A stretch of DNA of 64,000 nt from Macrostomum lignano (lineage: Eukaryota): NCBI GenBank assembly GCA_002269645.1, contig NIVC01000143.1:434001-498000 (forward strand), in the 5' to 3' direction. Position 1 is the stretch's first letter, and each line of letters begins with the position of its first letter. Under the pieces are notes generated by a model. The model was not told where the DNA came from. It searched no databases and saw nothing but the letters and a program-made list of their open reading frames with translations. Both the position numbers and the translations under genes were made by a program. This document shows, one piece after another, positions 36,255-48,300 of this stretch.

Positions 36255-37075
36255 CCTTTCTTAGAGTGACAAATCAATTCCCCAGAGTGACCAATCCCTT
36301 ACCAGAGTGACAAATCGATTCCCCAGAGTGACCAATCCCTCGCCAGAGTGACCAATCCCTTACCAGAGTGACAAATCGATTCCCCAGAGTGACCAATCCC
36401 TCGCCAGAGTGACAAATCAATTCCCCAGAGTGACCAATCCCTTACCAGAGTGACAAATCGATTCCCCAGAGTGACCAATCCCTCGCCAGAGTGACCAATC
36501 CCTTACCAGAGTGACAAATCGATTCCCCAGAGTGACCAATCCCTCGCCAGAGTGACAAATCAATTCCCCAGAGTGACCAATCCCTTACCAGAGTGACAAA
36601 TCAATTCCCCAGAGTGACCAATCCCTTACAAGAGTGACAAATCAATTCCCCAGAGTGACCAATCTCTTCCCCAGAGTGACAAATCAATTCCCCAGAGTGA
36701 CCAATCTCTTCCCCAGAGTGACAAATCAATTCCCCAGAGTGACCAATCCTTCCCGAGAGTGACAAATCAATTCCCCAGAGTGACCAATCTCTTCCCCAGA
36801 GTGACAAATCAATTTACCAGAGTGACCAATCTCTTCCCCAGAGTGACAAATCAATTCCCCAGAGTGACCAATCTCTTCCCCAGAGTGACAAATCAATTCC
36901 CCAGAGTGACCAATCCCTTCCCAGAGTGACCAATGTCTTTCCAGAGTGACAAATCAATTCCCCAGAGTGACCAATCTCTTCCCCAGAGTGACAAATCAAT
37001 TCCCCAGAGTGACCAATCTCTTCCCCAGAGTGACCAATCAATTTACCAGAGTGACCAATCCTTCCCGAGAGTGAG
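36255..37075. repeat. 19-21-nt alternating minisatellite (agagtgacaaatcaattcccc / agagtgaccaatctcttcccc)
   Basis: Tandem units with dimeric/trimeric higher-order patterns. Confidence 0.95.
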
Positions 37076-37674
37076 TTTCTTGACTGCATGGTCTTACAAA
37101 AAAAGCTACCAATAAACGCAAAATAGATTCAAAGGCACGCACAATGCGTAATGTACATGATTGAAGCAATCAACCTGAACTGAAAATCGTATTGAAATAA
37201 CAGTCATCAGCATATACTATTGCGACAGACAGAGCTAAACAATCACAATAAACGCATTTGAAAACACCCGGTTTAAGGTGCAAGCAACTGTGTGAGCAGG
37301 AGTTGATGAAGGATAGCAGAAATTATAGCTGCAACCAAGCCTAAAAGTCCAAAAGCAAAAATTAACAAAACGCACGGCTTTTGCTGGTATTGCTCGTAAC
37401 AGAAAAAGCAGAAATATTAAGTAGAAATTCATATTTCAAATAATTACTTTGGCAAGTTGGAAAGGTTTCAATTCAAGTCAGTCAGCATTAAGGCTTGGAC
37501 TTCATTTGCGCACCTCGCTGCTGATCAAGCTGAGCACGGTCATAACGAAAACGAAAAAACCACCAGACAGACCGCGAGAATTCAAATTGCATGGTTTAGA
37601 TTTTCGTGGCAAAAAACTTATTTCACAATTTTTTGTGCAAATTTGTTTATTCATTATACAGATAAATTTTGTAA

Positions 37675-38642
37675 GAATCTGGGAGACTGGCCCAGAAACT
37701 GAGGATCTGGGAGGCTGGCCCAGAAACTGAGGATCTAGGAGGCTGGCCCAGCAACTGAGGATCTGGGAGGCTGGCCCAGCAACTGAGGATCTGGGAGGCT
37801 GGCCCAGCAACTGAGGATCTGGGAGGCTGGCCCAGCAACTGAGGATCTGGGAGTCTGGCCCAGCAACTGAGAAGCTGAGAGGCTGGCCCAGCAACTGAGG
37901 ATCTGGGAGGCTGGCCCAGCAACTGAGGATCTGGGAGGCTGGCCCAGCAACTGAGGATCTGAGAGGCTGGCCCAGCAACTGAGGATCTGGGAGGCTGGCC
38001 CAGCAACTGAGGATATGGGAGGCTGGCCCAGCAACTGAGGATCTGGGAGGCTGGCCCAGCAACTGAGGATCTGGGAGGCTGGCCCAGCAACTGAGGATAT
38101 GGGAGGCTGGCCCAGCAACTGAGGATCTGGGAGGCTGGCCCAGCAACTGAGGATCTGGGAGGCTGGCCCAGCAACTGAGGATCTGGGAGTCTGGCCCAGC
38201 AACTGAGGATCTGGGAGGCTGGCCCAGCAACTGAGGATCTGGGAGGCTGGCCCAGCAACTGAGAATCTGGGAGGCTGGCCCAGCAACTGAGGATCTGGGA
38301 GGCTGGCCCAGCAACTGAGGATCTGGGAGGCTGGCCCAGCAACTGAGGATCTGGGAGGCTGGCCCAGCAACTGAGGATCTGGGAGGCTGGCCCAGCAACT
38401 GAGGATCTGGGAGGCTGGCCCAGCAATAGAGGATCAGGGAGACTGGCCCAGCAACTGAGGATCTGGGAGGCTGGTGGCCCAGCAACTGAGGATCTGGGAG
38501 GCTGGCCCAGCAACTGAGGATCTGGGAGGCTGGCCCAGAAACTTAGGATCTGGGAGGCTGGCCCAGCAACTGAGGATCTGGGAGGCTGGCTTAGCAACTG
38601 AGGATCAGGGAGGCTGGCCCAGCAACTGAGGATCTGGGAGGC
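37675..38642. repeat. 28-nt minisatellite, homologue of 21692-22395
   Basis: cagcaactgaggatctgggaggctggcc, about 34 copies. Confidence 0.96.
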
Positions 38643-39282
38643 TGTGGTATGTAATACAACAAAAACATGAATTCTTAAAACAGAAAATGAACAAATGATA
38701 AACGGATGAAGTATAGAGTTTCAAGCTGAATACAACAATTCGGGGACCACCTGCAGTGAGCACAACAGAATTTGTCAATAAAAAAATCAAGCACAGCACA
38801 CTTGCCAAGCAATTGAAAATTCACTTTTCAAAATAAACAGAGATTATAACAACATAAAACATGCTTTTAAAGTAGATATAGGTTTTTTGCCTTAATGCCC
38901 ATAACGAAAAGATAAATAGAATTAAGCTCTAATCAGCCAAACAATAGATATTGCACAGTTCATGCATGAATAAGAGCGCAAAACTCAATACACTGTGTCC
39001 AGCTATGTAATTATGTAATTTTGAATCAAGGGTTGGCCTAAATGCACAAATAGAGCAGCTAATAAAGTTCTAAAATTGGCAACACGCAATAAACTTGTTT
39101 AACAAATATTTAATAAATACTAAATAATCATTTTTTACTCACGTACTACTCCTGAGTAGCATGCTAAGGACATTACACGGTATATATAAAGAAATAGTTC
39201 AACTGCAGAGAATATTGGCGATTTTGATTGGCCTACACATATAAATACATGCAGAATATTTTAAGTAAAGGTAAGACTGCGT

Positions 39283-39500
39283 GGCCCAGCAATTGAGGAT
39301 TTTGGAGGTTGGCATAGCAATTGAGGATCTGGGAGGCCGGCCTAGCAACTCAGAATCTGGGAGGCTGGCCCAGCAACTGAGGATCTGGGAGGCTGGTGGC
39401 CCAGCAACTGAGGATCTGGGAGGCTAACCCAGCAACTGGGGATCTGGGAAGCTGGCCCAGCAACTGAGGATCCGGGAGGCTCGCATAGCAACTGAGTATT
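39283..39500. repeat. Degenerate third array of the 28-nt minisatellite, just 3' of the CD36-family stop
   Basis: About 7 diverged units. Confidence 0.85.
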
Positions 39501-39530
39501 TGGGGCATCTAGCCCAATGCATCCGCAGAC

Positions 39531-40107
39531 TCAAGCTCCGGCACCAATGACAGTCTCGGCAGTTTCAGCTTCATCATCAAGAGGCTGACTAGCCGCATCT
39601 GCAGCCGCGGAGGCAGAGGCGGAGGCGGATGGCAGCAGAGTGGCAGCGGCAGTGTTATCATCCCTGTCGCCGCCGTGGGAACCGTTGCCAACCAAGCCGT
39701 TGCCAGGGTTGGCCACCAAGCTGCCCCGTTTGCATGGCGACGCCGTTGACGAGGTGGACGCGAACGAGGCTTTGCCGGCGCAGAGTCGGAGGCTGCGCGG
39801 CCCGGCACGCTGCCGCAGGTAGCGCCGGCGGCACTTGAAGCCGAGACAGAGCACAGCGAGGCCGCATAGAAGGAAGCCGATAGCCAGGAGGCTCCACTGC
39901 ACCCGGGCCACTGTGTCGCGCGGCTGCAGCACTCCGGCTCGGAATTTCTCTGCCGACTCCGGGTCCAGACAGGCCGACTCATTCAGCCAGGCCAGCGGCA
40001 TGATCAGCGTGCTGTTGAGGTTCTGCAGGTCTGCGAACTGCCGGCTGGGGGTCACCGCCATGTTTATCTGCGAGTGGGTAGGTAGGTATAGATAGACAGA
40101 CAGACAC

Positions 40108-40160
<53 letters not shown>

Positions 40161-40162
40161 TG

Positions 40163-40199
<37 letters not shown>

Positions 40200-40234
40200 G
40201 CCAAACAAACAGACAGACAGACGGACAGACAGAC

Positions 40235-40315
<81 letters not shown>

Positions 40316-40332
40316 GCCAAACAGACAGACAC

Positions 40333-40391
<59 letters not shown>

Positions 40392-40442
40392 GCCAAACAA
40401 ACAGACAGACAGACGGACAGACAGACAGATAGACAGACAGAC

Positions 40443-40487
<45 letters not shown>

Positions 40488-40488
40488 C

Positions 40489-40535
<47 letters not shown>

Positions 40536-42306
40536 CACACACACACACACACCTGCAGCCTCTTGGCCGCCCGCATGACCAGTCCAGTGTTGGGCTCCAC
40601 ATCCAGCACGGTGTCAAACTCTGGGCCAGGGCTGAGGCCCCCTAAAGCGTCCTGGTACTGCGCAGCGGCCTGGTAGAAATGCGGCTGTGACATGAGGATG
40701 GGGGCGCCGTCGGCGCAGGCGGAGATGTTGAGGACACCGGAGTCCAGGCAGCGGCCGTCTAAGCAGAAGCCGCGATTGCTGGGGTTCAGAGTGGCGTTCA
40801 TGAACATCTCGGCTGGTGCTTGAAACCTGGGGGGCGGGCGAGTGGCGGCTGAGTGACTGAAAAATCCTCACAGAGTGACTCAAACATCCTCACACAGAGT
40901 GACTCAAACATCCTCACATAGAGTGACTGAAACATTCCAATAGAGTGACTGAAACATTCCAATAGAGTGACTGAAACATTTAACCATAGATTGACTGAAA
41001 CGTCACTACAAGAGTGACAGAAGCATCCCCACAAGAGTGACAGAAGCATCCCCGCACGAGTGACAGAAGCATCCCCACAAGAGTGACAGAAGCATCCCCA
41101 CAAGAGTGACAGAAGCATCCCCACAAGAGTGACAGAAGCATCCCCACAAGAGTGACAGAAGCATCCCCACAAGAGTGACAGAAGCATCCCCACAAGAGTG
41201 ACAGAAGCATCCCCACAAGAGTGACAGAAGCATCCCTACAAGAGTGACTATACCAACCAAGTTAAAGACACAAACATTGCACACAGAGCACAGAACCGCA
41301 GTCAATAGGCAGCTATAGCTCACCTGTACAATGGCACAGTATTGTGCAGCATCACATCGCCCCTATACTTGAGATAAATCGATCGGCATATGTCAGAGCT
41401 GAACAAGTAGAGCAGATCAGAGCGAGACACGAATGGAGGAAACATGGCCCCATCAGTGCCATTAATCATATTGGCCTGAGAGCTGTTCCAATGTAGCAGA
41501 CGATCTAAACCTTTCCAAGTGAGAATTTCTCCAAGACGATTGACGTCACCAGCTCCCGTGCGGATCTGGTAGGGGTCGCCCAGACTGCCATTCTTATCGG
41601 CAAATAGACCCAGTTCACTTTTTAGTGTAGCGCCAGCTAGCCTGGCTATTGGCTGCATAGTTTTCAAAAGTAAATCGTGATAACCCCACAGAATCTGTTT
41701 AGCAGGCCGGGTCATCACCAATCGATGCTTGCCGCTTCTTAATAAATTGTTTGCCATCGTTTTCCAGTGAATGCTACTGTACTGCATCTTGTGGGTCAAA
41801 CCAACGTACATCAGATTCAAAGTTGTGACATTTGTATCCTCCCAGCAGCAGGACAAATCCCGCCTGAAATGATAAAATGTTGATTGCTGATATCTCAGCA
41901 CAGAGCCGTTTGAGTTGAATTCAACGCCAGACTTCACTCGTCGCTCCTGATAGGTGAACGGTCCGACATCATTGAGCAGGGGTTTACCGCCAGACAGGAA
42001 CTCTTGGGGATTAGTGATGCTGAACAGCCAGAACTGCATGTAGATTGGTGTACTGGGAGAATTCCAAGCCTTGAAAGTGAAACTGCCATTCACTAGCGGC
42101 ATTGAGCTGGCAATTCGTGAACGGAATACAGACGGGAAAACTGCAACTAAAACTATACTGACTACTATGAGTAGGATGCCAAGACTAAGGGTGACGCCAA
42201 ACATGAGCGGCTTTAGTAAGCAAGCAAATATTTGCTTTGACCGATTGCGAGTAGGGGCATATGACGGATTCAGATCGGTCTCGTGAATGCCTGCAGAATC
42301 CGACAT
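39531..42306 (-). CDS. CD36/scavenger receptor class B family protein (SCARB1/SCARB2-like, ~597 aa)
   Basis: Exons 42306-41324, 40826-40553, 40067-39531 (phases 2 and 0, GT-AG). N- and C-terminal TMs; PIYMQFWLFSITNP, VGPFTYQE, INGTDGAMFPPF, FSSDICRSI, CLDSGVLNISAC, SQPHFY, LDVEPNTG. The ORF-track start at 42336 is TTG; the first ATG is 42306. Confidence 0.95.
40090..40552. repeat. (GACA)n/(CA)n microsatellite making up nearly all of CD36-family intron 2
   Basis: The intron is 40068-40552 and the repeat begins at the donor GT. Confidence 0.96.
40850..41250. repeat. 23-nt minisatellite (aagagtgacagaagcatccccac) in CD36-family intron 1
   Basis: Tandem units. Confidence 0.94.
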
Positions 42307-42434
42307 TATTTTGCTGGATGAGCGATCTTTGCTCAATAATTGATCGATTTTAATATTAGTTAATGAGCTGAAAAGATTTCATATAGTTCAACAGTTGGGT
42401 TCTTGCTAGACTATGAGATAATTACAACCACAAT

Positions 42435-43380
42435 TCACAAGCTCGAAATTCACCAGCTTCATTCACAAGCTCGAAATTCACCAGTTTGATTCACAAGCTC
42501 GAAATTCACCAGTTTATTTCACAACCCCGAAATTCACCAGTTTGATTCACAAGCTCGAAATTTACCTGTTTGATTTACAAGCTCGAAATTCACCAGTTTG
42601 ATTCACAAGCTCGAAATTCACCAGTTTATTTCACAACCCCGAAATTCACCAGTTTGATTCACAAGCTCGAAATTTACCTGTTTGATTTACAAGCTCGTCA
42701 TTTACCAGCTAGATTCACAAGCTCGTCATTCACCAGCTAGATTCACAAGCTCGTCATTCACCAGCTAGATTCACAAGCTCGTCATTCACCAGCTAGATTC
42801 ACAAGCTCGTCATTCACCAGTTTGATTCACAAGCTCGAAATTCACCAGTTTGATTCACAAGCTCGTCATTCACCAGTTTGATTCACAAGCTCGAAATTCA
42901 CCAGCTAGATTCACAAGCTCGAAATTCACCAGTTTGATTCACAAGCTCGAAATTCACCAGTTTGATTCACAAGCTCGAAATTCACCAGCTAGATTCACAA
43001 GCTCGAAATTCACCAGTTTGATTCACAAGCTCGAAATTCACCAGTTTGATTCACAAGCTCGTCATTCACCAGTTTGATTCACAAGCTCGAAATTCACCAG
43101 CTTCATTCACAAGCTCGAAATTCATCAGTTTCATTCACAAGCTCGAAATTCATCAGTTTCATTCACAAGCTCTTCATTCACCAGTTTGATTCACAAGCTC
43201 GTCATTCACCAGCTAGATTCCTAAGCTCGTCATTCACCAGCTAGATTCACAAGCTCGTCATTCACCAGCTAGATTCACAAGCTCGTCATTCACCAGCTAG
43301 ATTCACAAGCTCGTCATTCACCAGTTTGATTCACAAGCTCGTCATTCACCAGCTAGATTCACAAGCTCGTCATTCACCTA
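42435..43380. repeat. 28-nt minisatellite (attcacaagctcgaaattcaccagtttg)
   Basis: About 33 units between the SUN and CD36-family genes. Confidence 0.96.
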
Positions 43381-44467
43381 TCTAAAATATAGCAGTTTGT
43401 AAGATATAACAAAAATTTATAATAATATAAAACAAGAACCACAAGACATTAAGATACTGCAACAAATTCCCTAAATTGTATTTAAATATGACAGCGTCTT
43501 CACTTTCAAAAATGTGCTTGTTCATGACTTTTTACAAGCTACATAAAGAAATTGAGTAATCTCACATTTTTGTTAGAAAACAACAGAGTACGATAAAATT
43601 GATATCCTGCTGGGAGACACGCTGATAAATTAATTGAACAATAAAAAACTTGGTGTGTAACAATAACGACAAACCTGGCAAAAAATATGGCGTTATTATA
43701 ATAAATATTAAATAAGTCTAAAACTAGGGAGATTCTAATCTTGCGGTTCTCATGTGTTATGTTATACGTGCTCAAAATGGATAATTAACACAATGCTTAA
43801 TGAGAGTTAACTATGAGAAGAATTCGTTATTAACTAGCAACACTTGTTCCCAAAAACCCAGCCTCCAAAAATGCTTTTCTAAAGTTTTCCTTTGTTTTTT
43901 AAGTGCGCTATTTGAGCCAACATTTTTTGGGAAATCTTAGAAATCATAGAGTTAAGCGATTGCACATGAAGATGCGGATTTTAATGTGAAAAAATGAACA
44001 AAAATGACACAGAATCCATATAAATAAAAACAATGGACCTCGATTCATAAACAGGCAAATATCAAAGTTATCATTCAGAGATATGAGCATGCAAAAAATT
44101 GTTCGATTTTAAATTTAGCAACAACACGAATTTAAACAAATTTTCATTAACTCAGGCTGTTCATGATGCGGTTTGTAATTAAGTGAAAATGCCGTTTTAT
44201 AATTAGAAATATTATACTGTGTAAACTTGATAAATAAATAATTATTAACACACAAAGTATAAAAGTTCAAAGTTGTTAACAAAATTTCCTACTATAAATA
44301 TTAATTTTCTTTAACAAACAAAAACTAATTTAACATTCGTTGCAAAGAGTACACGTGTAATACGCCTTTATACAAGTTAAAACACAAAAAAAATTACTTG
44401 TTTTTTAAGCTTAAGCATAGGTATTAAGCAGGTTTTACGGGATCACAGGGACTGAGGCCTGAGAGAG

Positions 44468-45210
44468 TGGAGGGGCAGACTCTCAAGGACTGAGGGTAGT
44501 TGAGAGGGCAGACTCTCAAGGACTGAGGGGAGTTGAGAGGGCAGACTCTCAAGGACTGAGGGGAGTTGAGAGGGCAGACTCTCAAGGACTGAGGGTAGTT
44601 AAGAGGGCAGACTCTCAAGGACTGAGGGGAGTTGAGAGGGCAGACTCTCAAGGACTGAGGGTAGTTGAGAGGGCAGACTCTCAAGGACTGAGGGGAGTTG
44701 AGAGGGCAGACTCTCAAGGACTGAGGGGAGTCGAGAGGGCAGACTCTCAAGGACTGAGGGGAGTCGAGAGGGCAGACTCTCAAGGACTGAGGGGAGTTGA
44801 GAGGGCAGACTCTCACGGACTGAGGGTAGTTGAGAGGGCAGACTCTCACGGACTGAGGGGAGTTGAGAGGGCAGACTCTCACGGACTGAGGGAGTTGAGA
44901 GGCAGACTCTCACGGACTGAGGGAGTTGAGAGGCAGACTCTCACGGACTGAGGGAGTTGAGAGGCAGACTCTCACGGACTGAGGGGAGTTGAGAGGGCAG
45001 ACTCTCAAGGACTGAGGGGAGTTGAGAGGGCAGACTCTCAAGGACTGAGGGGAGTTGAGAGGCAGACTCTCACGGATTGAGGGGAGTTGAGAGGGCAGAC
45101 TCTCACGGACTGAGGGGAGTTGAGAGGGCAGACTCTCACGGACTGAGGGGAGTTGAGAGGGCAGACTCTCAAGGACTGAGGGGAGTCGAGAGGGCAGACT
45201 CTCAAGGATT
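44468..45210. repeat. 33-nt minisatellite (gagggcagactctcaaggactgaggggagttga)
   Basis: About 22 units, starting about 100 nt downstream of the SUN stop codon. Confidence 0.96.
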
Positions 45211-45311
45211 GATGTTTGAACTCAATGGCAGGTGTCCTACACTGAATACTGAGACTTCAAAGCACACCTTAGTGACAGTAATATATATTAAAAATATGAT
45301 AAGTCACAGCG

Positions 45312-48300
45312 CTAGGCCAAACCGTGCACCCTGAACCGATACAGACAGGTGTACATCTCGTTGCCATGGTTACTCTCAACTACCAGCTCCACGTATTCCC
45401 AGTAGCGCTCAGTGGTCGCATTGAGATGAAACGTCTGCGAAGCGGGTCCCGTGTCGGCGTTGTAGACAAAGGAACCCAAAATCACAGCTTCGGTGAAAGC
45501 TGTGTAGGAGGACTCCAGGCCATAGACAGAGAAGTTCCGCGGCGCGCTGCTCATGGAGGCATTGTAGGACACCTCCCTGGCGGCGTGGTCGATGGTCACC
45601 GAGCTGACTCTGGCGGGCACGGCCAGGCGGACTATGAGATGTCCGGGGAAGCCCTGCGGACAGAGAGATTGAAGCGAGTTTGTTTTTTAAAAATACACTT
45701 AATTATAAATAGCCGATAAAGATCTGTCTGATAGAAAAAATTGTTTATAAACTGTGTGAGACAGACAGACACTGAGACAGACACTGAGACAGACACTGAG
45801 GCAGACACTGAGGCAGACACTGGGCAGACACTGAGACAGACACTAGGAGGGGCACTGACACAGACACGGACACAGACACTAAGAAAGACACTGAGACAGA
45901 CACTAAGACAGACACTGAGGCAGACACTGAGGCAGACACTGGGCAGACACTGAGACAGACACTGAGACAGACACTGAGACAGACACTGAGACAGACACTG
46001 GGACACACACTGAGACAGACACTGAGACAGACACTGAGACAGACACTGAGACAGACACTAGGAGGGGCACTGACACAGACACTGACACAGACACTAAGAC
46101 AGACACTGAGGCAGACACTGAGGCAGACACTGGGCAGACACTGAGACAGACAGAGACAGACACTGAGACAGACACTGAGACAGACACTAGGACAGACACT
46201 GGGCAGACACTGAGGCAGACACTGAGACAGACACTGAGGCAGACACTGAGACAGTCACTGAGACAGACACTGAGACAGACACCGAGACAGGGACTGAGAC
46301 AGTCACTGAGACAGACACTGGGACAGACACTGAGACAGACACTGAGACAGTCACTGAGACAGACACTAAGACAGACACTAAGACAGACACTGAGACAGAC
46401 ACTGAGACAGTCACTAAGACAGACACTGAGACAGACACTGAGACACACACTGAGACAGACACTGAGACTGACACTGTGAGAGACACCGAGACAGTCACTA
46501 AGACAGACACTGAGACAGACACTGAGACAGCCACTAAGTCGGACACAAGGACAGACACTGACACACAGTCAGACAAGTTTTGATTTGTCAGAAACTCTGC
46601 AACAGCCCGTAGTCAGCGCACCTGGAAGGCCCAGCACTCGCCCAGATTGGTGTCGGGCTCCAATGCTGTAGTTGGCGACCGTGAGAAGGCCAACACAGGG
46701 AAGCCGAACAGTTCCACAACGGAGGCCTGGCCGTTATAGGCCACTGTGCACCGGGTGCCAACCACGTAGGCGCCAGCGCTGTGCAGAGCAAAGTCCGGCA
46801 CTAAGTTTGGAAATGGATCATCAGCTTTGAAGTCGCGAATGCTGCAGTTGCAGCTGCTAGAGGCCAGTCGTTCAACGGCGACAAGTCGCCTGCGGTACTC
46901 CGCCAGCTGACGATGCAGCCGAACTGCTTCGGTGACGTTACCAGCTGGATAAGTCTCGTTTACGGTGTCATTGCAGCTGCTACCAGGCACTGGTGGAGAA
47001 TCTTTCAGCTTACCTAGCTGCTCCTCTATGTTATTTACCTGCCTCTGTAGTGCAGCAATAGTCTGTCTGCGACCTTCGTCTTCACCAGCAATAGATGCTG
47101 CAGAAGATTCAACAGCGGATAGGCGTTGTTTATTATCGCTTTCAGTCTGTTGCAGAAACACCAGCTGCTGCTGATAGTTCTTTAACTGCTGTTGTAGTTC
47201 GACTGTTAGCTTTTGCTGTTCGCCTAAACCGTTCTCCTGTGCAGCAGAGAAGGATGCATCTACAGCACTTATCCGTTCGGATACGTTTGAAACAAAAATC
47301 TGATGCTTAGCATCTAAATTTCTCTGATACTCTTCAAGCTGCTGCTTCAAATCTTCTGCTTTTACTTGTTTAGTGACCGTCTTCAAGCTGGACTCGAGCT
47401 CATCAAGACGCTTTGTCACTGTTGAAGCAAGTTTGCGTTGTTCAACTTCTGCTTCTTTGAGGACAGCCAGCTGCTGCTGGTAAGTGCTGAACTGGTCCTG
47501 CAATTCCACTGTTAACTTGGACTGCTCTGATGCATCCTGCGACTTGCTAGAAGTCAACAATGTCACGGTTGATTCAACAGTTGCAAGACGCTCCGACACG
47601 GATGTTGCAAGTTTACGCAGTTCAGCTTCAGCCTCTTTAAGCTTTACGAAATCTTCAACTAAACTTTCCTTATCTGCTCCTAACGAGGTTAATGACGATT
47701 CCAATGCAAATAATCGATCAGAAACATTAGCATTCACACTCTGCTGCTCCGTACTAAACTGTTTTAATAGCAATAACTGCTCTTGATAACCGGACAGTTG
47801 CTGCTCGAAAGTTTTAGCTAGTTTGGAACGCTCAGCTGAGTTGTGCTCATTTGACAAAGTGGATGCAGTCTCAAGAGCACTTAGACGTTCAGAGACGGCC
47901 AAGGAAAGTTTTCGCTGCTCCGCTTCTGCGTCTTTAAGCAACGCCAACTGCAGCTGATAGGCATTGAGTTGTTTTTCCAGATCGGATTTCTGCTTCGCTT
48001 GTTCCTTAACCTCAGCTTCTTTCGACAGCGCATTTGCCGAGACAGCAGCTTCCAGAGCAGTCAACTGTTCCGACAATTTTGCAACAAACTTTTGCTTTTC
48101 AGACTCCCTGTCCTGCAATAGCTTCAACCGATCTTCATAACTACTCAATTGATTTTTTAATTCTGCAATCAGTTCTTTTCGCATTTCGTCATTATCAAAT
48201 TGCTTAACCAAAGTTACAGCCGACTTAGCCTCTGCAGAAGCATTTTCAGAAAGCTTCTCATTTGCATCGAGCCGCTCAGAGATAGCGCCTATTTGAAGTT

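Noticed and set aside
34696-38597. Long low-complexity ORFs (ERREG..., LLSP..., LLGQPPRSS...) and similar ORFs at 425-1009, 21629-22322, 44424-46576 and 54257-56517
   Set aside because: They are open in several frames and on both strands only because the repeat units lack stop codons; no coding signature.
21692-39500. Duplication mediated by recombination between the 28-nt minisatellite arrays
   Set aside because: Homology continues past the arrays (22650-22830 vs 38800-38960), so the breakpoints lie outside them.
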